This document shows, in pieces, positions 56,684 to 64,000 of a stretch of 64,000 nt of DNA. This DNA is from Bdellovibrionota bacterium FG-1 (GTDB lineage Bacteria > Bdellovibrionota > UBA1018): contig JBBCAW010000053.1 in NCBI GenBank assembly GCA_051382295.1, positions 16,593 through 80,592 on the forward strand, read 5' to 3'. The translations under genes and the position numbers were made by a program. The notes under the pieces are model-generated. The model was not told the origin of the DNA and ran no database searches. It saw only the letters and a program-made list of their open reading frames with translations. Each line of letters opens with the position of its first letter. Positions within the stretch are counted from its first letter, which is position 1.

Positions 56684-57811
56684 CTAATCCTCTTTTTGCC
56701 GATCGCTCCAATATACTGCGGTTTTGGGGATGACCGTTTTCAGATAGGATACCACGGCAAAGTCTCCCGAAAACACCTGATCCACTTCCACGCCCTCGAG
56801 ATTTCGAAGACTCTGAACCACCCACTCCACCCGACGACGTTCAGGGGTGACAAACAGGAGCTGATCTCCCCGATTTAAGACGCAACCTTTGCCAAGGATC
56901 GCGATCACCGAATGACTATCTTTAGTAATTTCAACAACTTCTCCGACATAGCCCTCATCTTGCCTCTGAGTCTCATTATTTTTCAACTTTTTGAATAGAA
57001 CATCGGTCGCATTAGCTCGAAAGAAGCACTGCGTTACCGCAACCGGATGCTCGCCTTTTTGCCAACCGCCCCATGTTCCTCCGAGCCTCAAATCCACCCG
57101 GAGAGCGGCCAGTCCCATTTCGCGCAGCTCCTCGATTCGATCCAAAAGGCAATAATCCTTGGCATGGAAAACAAAAGTCCCATTTTCATTTTCGATGAGC
57201 CGAAACCCACTGTGTTGGGATTCTTCGCTAGAAGCCAAAGCCTCAATACGACGATCCATGTCGCCCCGGTCGCCCAACTGATTCGAAAGCAAATGCCGAG
57301 GAGTGTACAACAGCAGTATTGGACCCAAACCCAAAACCTCTACCGGCACCTTCGTCCCCCGGATCATCTCAGCCAGACTTGCGCGAGGAAGTTCAATCGA
57401 CAAAACCAATCTTTCGAGGCGAGAGCCGCCGAGTTCGCACCAACGCTGCACCCCAGCTAGATTGTGATTGCCGGTTTCAAGCACCAGTTGAATCGGATGC
57501 TCCGGGTAATGCTCCAATACCCACCCAAAAGCCCCTGGATCTTGAACCCGGATGGCCGAAAAAAGACTCAAATCGATTTCACGAAGGGCTGCCAGCGCCC
57601 GTTCAAAGGGCACCTCGGTCATCAAGATATCCCATTCTAAAACGGGTCTGAGCCCGCTCATCCGGGCTTGGCGCGCTAAACCTTCGAGTTCAGACAAACT
57701 CAACGTGCCCAGACGTGAAAGAGCCTGGCAGCCGAGTAAAACCTCAACTACCCCATGAGCAACCAATTCAGTCAATTCAGCCGCGTGACTCGCGTAGCCC
57801 ACCTGGATCAC
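56684..57811 (-). CDS. Peptidase U32-family protein (TrhP1/YrrN-like, lacks the Cys cluster motif)
   Basis: VQDPG, ERLVLSIEL, ENENGTFVF..KDYCL; C-terminal beta domain. Confidence 0.7.
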   Translation of the reverse strand: MIQVGYASHAAELTELVAHGVVEVLLGCQALSRLGTLSLSELEGLARQARMSGLRPVLEWDILMTEVPFERALAALREIDLSLFSAIRVQDPGAFGWVLEHYPEHPIQLVLETGNHNLAGVQRWCELGGSRLERLVLSIELPRASLAEMIRGTKVPVEVLGLGPILLLYTPRHLLSNQLGDRGDMDRRIEALASSEESQHSGFRLIENENGTFVFHAKDYCLLDRIEELREMGLAALRVDLRLGGTWGGWQKGEHPVAVTQCFFRANATDVLFKKLKNNETQRQDEGYVGEVVEITKDSHSVIAILGKGCVLNRGDQLLFVTPERRRVEWVVQSLRNLEGVEVDQVFSGDFAVVSYLKTVIPKTAVYWSDRQKED

Positions 57812-57822
57812 GGCTCAAGCCA

Positions 57823-58125
57823 CTAACACTTCTCAATCTCGATTTCAACAGCCCCCAGATAAACCACCATCTTCGACAGCGAATCTCGAATCAATTCCAG
57901 CTGAGCCTGCGCCGCCTGCTCCTCCATCAACCCCGCAAGCCGGGTCAGCTCCTCAAAACCATAGCCACCGGCACTGCCCTTGATTTTATGGGCTAGCTTC
58001 CGGATTTCACCACAATTGTGCTCGTCCGCCCACCGTTGAAAGGCCAGGAGATCCTTTTTGCGGTTTTCTAAATACTCGGGAATTAAATCCGCGAGATCCG
58101 GATCGACTTTGATCTTTATGGTCAT
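57823..58125 (-). CDS. Stand-alone Hpt phosphotransfer protein
   Basis: DLIPEYL, LAHKIKGSAGGYGF. Confidence 0.9.
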   Translation of the reverse strand: MTIKIKVDPDLADLIPEYLENRKKDLLAFQRWADEHNCGEIRKLAHKIKGSAGGYGFEELTRLAGLMEEQAAQAQLELIRDSLSKMVVYLGAVEIEIEKC

Positions 58126-58184
58126 ACCAGGGATTATAAAATTATTTCGACAGGATGCCTACTCCGACCTAAAATAGGAGCTAA

Positions 58185-58874
58185 ATGAAGTTCAGCGAAA
58201 AAACGATTCAAATTATTGACGATGACGACGACATCCGAAAACTTTTGAGAAAAGTCCTTGAAAACGTCGGAACCGTTGTTCACGATGCCTCTGACGTTAA
58301 AACCGGATTGCACTCCATTCAGACCCATCGACCGGATGCCGTCATCTTGGACCTCAACATGCCGGGCCACGATGGCTTCACCTTCCTCAAAGCACGTAAA
58401 AAGATGCCTTTATTGCTGGCCATACCGGTCATCGTCCTCAGCGGCGAAAAGGACAAAAAGTTAGTCGCCCAAGCGATCGCATTAGGCGCCGACCAATATC
58501 TCCAAAAACCGTTTGAAGCTAAGCTCATTCTCCAGAAGCTCCGTTATGTTTTTCATGTCAATGATTCAGACGATCAAAACCTGTCCTATTTTTTTCCTGC
58601 CGATCAGTTGCCCGAGCTGTGTTGCCAAGTGAACGCGAAAGTCATCGATGCCAGCGAGCTTCAGCTCCGAATTGAAAGTCCAGCGCGACTCAAACGATCC
58701 CTGCCCGTCCAGGTGGACCTCAAGACCATGAGCACAGCCGGAGGTGCCGCCCTCATTTGCAGAGTGGTCAGTCATTTTGTTGATATGCATCAAAAAATGT
58801 ATCGCCAAATCTTTCGGCTGGTCGACCTTTCCACTGAACAAAAAACACTTTATTCGCACTGGAGAAAAAAATGA
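58185..58874 (+). CDS. Response regulator (REC + PilZ-like C-terminal beta domain)
   Basis: IIDDD, LDLNMPG.DG, YLQKPF; C-terminal IDASE..LRI. Confidence 0.8.
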   Translation: MKFSEKTIQIIDDDDDIRKLLRKVLENVGTVVHDASDVKTGLHSIQTHRPDAVILDLNMPGHDGFTFLKARKKMPLLLAIPVIVLSGEKDKKLVAQAIALGADQYLQKPFEAKLILQKLRYVFHVNDSDDQNLSYFFPADQLPELCCQVNAKVIDASELQLRIESPARLKRSLPVQVDLKTMSTAGGAALICRVVSHFVDMHQKMYRQIFRLVDLSTEQKTLYSHWRKK

Positions 58875-59608
58875 CGTCTCCGAGCGATCCGTCCAATGAA
58901 ACAACAAAACTCGTCATTACCATCGATGACGACCCAGAATTTAATCGCCTAATGGAGCATCGCTTCTCGCAAATGGGCTTGAGAGTCCTGACCTTTACCG
59001 ATCCTGCCGAATTTCTATCCGCAGTCGTCAAAAGCCGACCGGCGCTGGTTTTGATCGATCTCAATCTGGGCGAAGGAATGTCGGGATTCGACCTGATTCA
59101 GCAACTTCGGGAAGTCTCCAATATCTCGGCCCCCATTCTGGTGTCCTCTGGAACTTCCGAAGAAAAAGCAATCATTCAGGCCCTCGAAATGGGGGCGGAT
59201 GACTACATCATTAAACCTCCTCATAAAGATGATTTTTCGAGGAAGGTGCTCGATCTGATCTCGGACGAGGGCGTCACGGATTTACTCGACTCCACCTATG
59301 CGCCCGTCGACGATGATATTAGCCTCGCCCGAGTGGGCTTCAGTATCCGTTTAAAAGAACTATCCTCGGTGGGGCTCAAACTGATCACCCCCCATCTCAT
59401 CCGAAAAGGGACCCTCATCATCCTCAAGGGTCCACTCATTGCCGAAATTTTTCCGGAACGCAGTTATATCAGTGCAACGGTGGTTGCAGCGAACGGGATA
59501 ATCAATGAAACCGAACGCGTCTTTCTCATCGCTGCGGAATTTGACGCCCATGATTTGGAACTTTCACAAAAAGCCAGAATCTGGGTTGCGACGAAGGTGC
59601 CCCATTGA
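58871..59608 (+). CDS. Response regulator (REC + PilZ-like C-terminal beta domain)
   Basis: TIDDD, IDLNL, GADDYIIKP; C-terminal ELSSVGLKL...GT.I.L...AAEF. Confidence 0.8.
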   Translation: MTSPSDPSNETTKLVITIDDDPEFNRLMEHRFSQMGLRVLTFTDPAEFLSAVVKSRPALVLIDLNLGEGMSGFDLIQQLREVSNISAPILVSSGTSEEKAIIQALEMGADDYIIKPPHKDDFSRKVLDLISDEGVTDLLDSTYAPVDDDISLARVGFSIRLKELSSVGLKLITPHLIRKGTLIILKGPLIAEIFPERSYISATVVAANGIINETERVFLIAAEFDAHDLELSQKARIWVATKVPH

Positions 59609-59973
59609 AAATCCTGCTCGTGGATGACTCCGAAGAAAGCAGGCTTCTGCTCAAGATGATGTTAAAGTCGAGCGGCCACGTGATCGAGACTGCCACGCAG
59701 GGGCAAGAGGCGATTGAAAAAACACGGACGACTGCCTACGATCTCGTTCTGATGGATATCGAAATGCCCGTCCTCGACGGGCTCGCGGCTACCTTAGCCA
59801 TTCGAAAACGGGAACGGGAGCAAGGGCGTCCAGCACTCCCCATTATCGCGCTCACGGCTCACGATACCGAAGAAGCCCGCAAAAAAACAGCAGATGCCGG
59901 ATGCCAGGCTCACCTTGTTAAACCCGTCAAAAAGACCGAGTTCCTCGAAACCATTCGGCGGCTGACTTCTTAG
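59605..59973 (+). CDS. Single-domain response regulator
   Basis: LLVDD, MDIEMPVLDG, ALTAH, LVKPV. Confidence 0.9.
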   Translation: MKILLVDDSEESRLLLKMMLKSSGHVIETATQGQEAIEKTRTTAYDLVLMDIEMPVLDGLAATLAIRKREREQGRPALPIIALTAHDTEEARKKTADAGCQAHLVKPVKKTEFLETIRRLTS

Positions 59974-62282
59974 GCGGCCAATTTTTTTTCGCCGTTGCCA
60001 AAGGTCTTCGAAAGCGCCATCGCTTCTGAAATGGCACCCTTCGCCAGGGGCAAAAGCCGCTCGATTTTCATCTTCAACTGCTCCGAATCCGTAATATTTT
60101 TGGTCATGGGCTCAATTTCCTTAGCCGCCTCACTGACCAGTTGAATTCCTAAGTAGCCAAAAGTGGATCTCATGTCATGAGCCGCACGACCCACCCTACG
60201 CCAATCGCTCTGATCCAAGCCTAACTGAAGCGATTCCACTAGTTTGGGGGCTTTATTCAAAAATAGCTCCAGCATCTGCCGGATCCCTTCGACATCATCC
60301 CCCAAGGTTTCCTTGAGATAGGCCAAATCTACCGAACTTTTCCGAATATCCTGCCGCTTATCCCTTCCAGTGACTTTGAGAATTTTTTGAAGAAGCACGT
60401 CTGCTCGAAAAGGCTTGGTCACACTATCATTCATGCCGGCCTTCAAGCACTCATCCAATTCATCCTTGGAGGCGTAGGCGGTCATCGCAAGAATCGGAAT
60501 GGTTGACATCGGAGACGGACACTCACTCCGAATCCTCCGGGTCGCAGTTAGACCATCCATTTGGGGCATTTGGACATCCATAATCACCAAATCAAACGGC
60601 TGTTTTTGAAGTTTTTCCAAAGCTACGTTTCCGTTTTCCGCCACCTCGACAGAGAAACCAAACCCTTGAAGAACTTTTTTGGCGATGAGTTGGTTAATAG
60701 GATTATCCTCAGCCAGCAAAATATTCATCGGTCCAATATTTTTGGCCACGACTGCCGCATCCGCTTTTTGCAAGACGGCCCCGGGTATGGCTTTTTTATA
60801 AGGAATCCTGACCTGAATCGTAGTTCCAACACCCACTTTGCTGGTCACCTGAATCGTGCCCTGATGTCGCTCCACCAGGTCCTTGACGATACTCAGTCCA
60901 AGTCCGGTGCCCCCATACTTGCGAGTCACGTCATCACTGGCCTGCGTGAAACTATCAAAAACAATTGCAACCTTATCCTCCGGAATCCCGATCCCCGTAT
61001 CCGCAATCTCAAACTCCAAAACCTGATTATCAGGAGTCTCGGACGCCACCCGTACCGAAACAGAAACCTTGCCGGACTCCGTAAATTTGATCGCATTCCC
61101 CAAGAGATTCGTGATGATTTGATTCATTCGGACCGGATCGCCCATGTGATAGGCGCTCATTTTAGGATCATAATATTTTTCGAGCGATATTTTTTTCTCG
61201 GACGAGCGGGGCAGCTGGAGTTCGATCACCAAATCAATGATGTCAGTGATCTTAAAGGGCACCCACTCCAGGGTCATTTTCCCAGCCTCTAACTTCTCAA
61301 AATCAAGAACATCGTTGATAATCACGAGGAGATTTTCAGCCGAATTTTTGATCGCGCTCAGATACTCGCGCTGTTCGGTGGTGAGCTCGGTTTTAAGCAA
61401 AAGATCCGTCAACCCCATTACGCCATTCATGGGGGTGCGAATTTCATGGCTGATGTTAGAAATAAACTTTTTCTTCAAGCCCAATGCTTCTTCTGCCGAT
61501 TTTTTAGCCGCGATCAATTCCTGCATTTCCTGCCGCAATGAAATATCGCGCGCGAACAAAAGCACCGAGGGAACACCTTCGAACTCCGTCAGCATGACCG
61601 CAATCTCGAACTGCACGATCTCACCCGACTTGGTCATCAGTCGAAACTCGCAAAGCCCCTCCGCCGCCGGTACCGAGGGCGCAAAGCGAGTCCTTTTTCT
61701 AAATCCCTCAAGATCTTCCGCCGCGACAATCGACGTCAGAGGTTGGTCGATCAGATCCACCACGCCGGCATATCCCAACACGGTGGCCATTCTGGGATTG
61801 GCATAAATCAGTCGCTCGCCGCTGAAGACACAAATGGCGTCGGGGGCGCCCTCGATGAGGCGACGAAACCGCAGTTCGGATTGCTTGAGCGCTTCCTCGG
61901 CGACTTTTCGCGCGGTAATATCGATGCCGATCACCAATAACTCACTGTGATTCTTGGAACGTTCAGCGATTAGAAGATGCCAGCGAATCTCTGAGTTGAA
62001 TTCAATCGGAATTTCCCTCGAGAAACGCGAATCTTTAGAGGCCCGGAACTCTTTCAGGACGGTTACAAAAATCGAATTGCCCTTGATAAAACCAATATCT
62101 TTACCCACAAAATCCTCGACGGCCAGGTTGTGAGCCGTAGCGAGGCGAGAGTTCACGCGGATATATTTGTCGTCTTCCGAAATCCACGAGACATAGGCCG
62201 GAATGGTCTCGATGACCTGAAGAAACTTGCCCTCATGCGAAATGGCGGAGGTGACAAAGGCTTTTATTTTTTTCAATGGCAT
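59970..62282 (-). CDS. Cytoplasmic hybrid histidine kinase (PAS-PAS-HisKA-HATPase-REC-Hpt)
   Basis: SHEIRTPMNG, NLLGNAIKFT, DTGIGI, GGTGLGL, LAEDN..MDVQMP, AHDMRS; no TM segment. Confidence 0.93.
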   Translation of the reverse strand: MPLKKIKAFVTSAISHEGKFLQVIETIPAYVSWISEDDKYIRVNSRLATAHNLAVEDFVGKDIGFIKGNSIFVTVLKEFRASKDSRFSREIPIEFNSEIRWHLLIAERSKNHSELLVIGIDITARKVAEEALKQSELRFRRLIEGAPDAICVFSGERLIYANPRMATVLGYAGVVDLIDQPLTSIVAAEDLEGFRKRTRFAPSVPAAEGLCEFRLMTKSGEIVQFEIAVMLTEFEGVPSVLLFARDISLRQEMQELIAAKKSAEEALGLKKKFISNISHEIRTPMNGVMGLTDLLLKTELTTEQREYLSAIKNSAENLLVIINDVLDFEKLEAGKMTLEWVPFKITDIIDLVIELQLPRSSEKKISLEKYYDPKMSAYHMGDPVRMNQIITNLLGNAIKFTESGKVSVSVRVASETPDNQVLEFEIADTGIGIPEDKVAIVFDSFTQASDDVTRKYGGTGLGLSIVKDLVERHQGTIQVTSKVGVGTTIQVRIPYKKAIPGAVLQKADAAVVAKNIGPMNILLAEDNPINQLIAKKVLQGFGFSVEVAENGNVALEKLQKQPFDLVIMDVQMPQMDGLTATRRIRSECPSPMSTIPILAMTAYASKDELDECLKAGMNDSVTKPFRADVLLQKILKVTGRDKRQDIRKSSVDLAYLKETLGDDVEGIRQMLELFLNKAPKLVESLQLGLDQSDWRRVGRAAHDMRSTFGYLGIQLVSEAAKEIEPMTKNITDSEQLKMKIERLLPLAKGAISEAMALSKTFGNGEKKLAA

Positions 62283-62306
62283 GGATCATTCTCCCCTACC
62301 TCATGC

Positions 62307-62335
62307 TGATCGGCATCGGGAAGGGGGTTAATGAG
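62307..62335 (-). promoter_or_regulatory. Putative sigma28 (FliA) promoter of the hybrid kinase
   Basis: CTCATT-N15-GCCGATCA upstream of the GGGGAG RBS. Confidence 0.4.
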
Positions 62336-62406
62336 AAAAAATGGGGGTAGTCTTCTTGGCTTCTGTGTCTCAGTAGACCACGTCAATGGGATGACACCCT
62401 AACCAC

Positions 62407-63618
62407 TCACTTCCCTAACTGCCGCATCAAATTGCCTACCGCCGCCTCAGCCCGATAAGGCAACCGCACCAGACTATTGACCCTCGCCTGCTCCAGAGGC
62501 TCCCCCAAAGAACTCGCTAAAGTCTCCACTCGAAATGGGAGAACCGGACCGCGAAAAGGAACCAACTCAATCATTTCATCCCGCTTAAAAGTGGTTTTAA
62601 CCTCGACCAACAGATACCGGTCGATCTCTATTTTTCGGATCCAACCCACAAATTCATAATGAGCTTCATCATCAAACGTACCCTGATCCAAGGTGCTTCC
62701 CTGGTCAGCCGGAGTATCCAGACTGCCACTCATATAGTCGCGATGCGGAAGCAGCTCCAACTCTTGATGCCACTCCTGTAGTTGCTGCTCAGTCAACGTG
62801 CGTTCACGCTCCACGGAATCAATAGCTTGGCGATGAATCCGCGAAATCAACCCCGCATAAAGGGCGCTTCGCATTCGCCCTTCAATTTTCACTGAATCGA
62901 TTTGCTGCTCAAAAAACCGGGGCAAAAGATTCAAGCCCATCAAGTCCTTCGAACTCATCAAATATCTATTACTTAACTTTTGCCCATCAGGAGTTTCGAG
63001 CGAATAACTAAACCGACAGCTTTGCGCACAGCCGCCCCGATTGCTATCCCGACCTTTGGTAAAATTGGAAATCGTGCAATTGCCCGAATACGCCATACAC
63101 ATGGAACCATGGATAAAGAGTTCGACCTCCAAGCCGGTCGCGACCTTAATCTTGCCCGCCTCTTCAATTGAGACTTCCCGCCCCAAGATCAGACGCTTCA
63201 CCCCCAGCTTCTTCCAAAGTAGAGCGGACTCTCGATTGAGACAACTGGCCTGAGTAGAAAGATGAATCGGAAGCGTTGTCTCACTGGAAACCACGGAGGA
63301 CACCACAGAAATAACGCCCATGTCCGAAGCAATCACCCCATCCACCCGGAGAGCCGCGATATCTCGCGCAAAAGCGCCGAGCCCCTCCATATCGCTTTGA
63401 TGAGGAAAACTATTCAAAACAACGTATACTTTAGCGCCGTGATCGCGCGCAAAACCCACGCCCTCTTCCAATTCATCGAGAGTAAAGTTCTCAGCGGCGG
63501 AGCGAAGTCCATATTTCTGGCCGGCCAGATAAACGGCATCCGCGCCGTAGCGGATGGCGGTTTTTAGCTTATCCAGACTACCAGCGGGCGAAAGAAGTTC
63601 AGGCCGCTTAAAGGGCAC
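62407..63618 (-). CDS. Peptidase U32-family Fe-S tRNA hydroxylation protein (TrhP/YrrO-like)
   Basis: PELLSPAG, YGADAVY, HLSTQA, HGSMCMAYSGNC..S....RDSNRGGCAQSCR, KIEGRM. Confidence 0.88.
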   Translation of the reverse strand: MPFKRPELLSPAGSLDKLKTAIRYGADAVYLAGQKYGLRSAAENFTLDELEEGVGFARDHGAKVYVVLNSFPHQSDMEGLGAFARDIAALRVDGVIASDMGVISVVSSVVSSETTLPIHLSTQASCLNRESALLWKKLGVKRLILGREVSIEEAGKIKVATGLEVELFIHGSMCMAYSGNCTISNFTKGRDSNRGGCAQSCRFSYSLETPDGQKLSNRYLMSSKDLMGLNLLPRFFEQQIDSVKIEGRMRSALYAGLISRIHRQAIDSVERERTLTEQQLQEWHQELELLPHRDYMSGSLDTPADQGSTLDQGTFDDEAHYEFVGWIRKIEIDRYLLVEVKTTFKRDEMIELVPFRGPVLPFRVETLASSLGEPLEQARVNSLVRLPYRAEAAVGNLMRQLGK

Positions 63619-64000
63619 GCGCTTCCACCGACTCAAGCCGTCGATTGAACTGTTCTGCCCGTAAAACCAAAGTCGAATAAGCTAACTCTGAAATCACGCC
63701 ATCATGGGCAGCCTCGGCCCATTGATCATGAATCAAACGCAAAGCCACGTCAGAATCAGTGATTCGCTGATCTGCAATTTGGCGCGCGATCGACTCCGAG
63801 ACGCCATTCATTCGGCCCAAGGCTCGATTGAAAGCCCGCATGCCGGCAGGAGTCGCGCCGATTTCGAGACGCTCTTGCTCGGTCATCGGAGCCATTTGAG
63901 TCGTAGGCGCGCCGCGATCATCGAGCATAATCACCCCGACCAACAATGCAATATAACTCGCGATCAAGATTCCGCGGGGCAACGTCCGAGTCGGAAAGGC
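63608..64000 (-). CDS. Hypothetical membrane protein, C-terminal part (starts beyond window)
   Basis: Frame stays open to the window edge; contains a TM segment ILIASYIALLVGVIML. Confidence 0.55.
   Translation of the reverse strand, partial: AFPTRTLPRGILIASYIALLVGVIMLDDRGAPTTQMAPMTEQERLEIGATPAGMRAFNRALGRMNGVSESIARQIADQRITDSDVALRLIHDQWAEAAHDGVISELAYSTLVLRAEQFNRRLESVEARAL

Noticed and set aside
1..64000. CRISPR array, rRNA, intact transposase/integrase, Sec/Pyl read-through
   Set aside because: None seen. The broken ORFs are better explained by deletions than by recoded stops.

Overview
This is a bacterial chromosomal window. The HU, DksA, Lon and GltA sequences and the sigma54/sigma28 promoter style suggest Bdellovibrionota/Oligoflexia or a related former deltaproteobacterium (inference, no search run). 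1-18.5 kb is mostly housekeeping: pcrA/uvrD start, ClC-CBS, glmS, glmU, dksA, lon, two CNNM proteins, cheY/cheC, HU, PPIase, Nudix and tRNA-Thr(CGT), plus a small cytochrome-porin/YceI operon. 18.5-25 kb is a decayed accessory island after the tRNA, holding a truncated sigma54 activator, an internally deleted histidine kinase, an intact MqsRA-like toxin-antitoxin pair, gene fragments and an AAA/DUF4143 ATPase. 26-28.4 kb is rocF-rocD. 30.3-46.2 kb is a multiheme cytochrome locus with 48 counted heme-binding motifs. It includes an MtrA/MtrB-type porin-cytochrome pair, a NapC-like hexaheme, an NHL-propeller/11-heme fusion, a hidden 52-aa membrane protein and two monoheme cytochromes. It also includes a 15-heme protein whose C-terminal half is an HAO-family fold lacking its catalytic heme. 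These genes are interleaved with a Geobacter-type citrate synthase and lat/pcd lysine catabolism genes. 46.4-55.1 kb is a Bacteroidota-style glycogen operon with a fused GT3 synthase-phosphorylase. A long palindromic element, an ALDH and a U32 pair separated by a phosphorelay cassette follow. The best candidate for an undescribed system is the extracellular-electron-transfer locus, especially the catalytically stripped HAO-derived wire.
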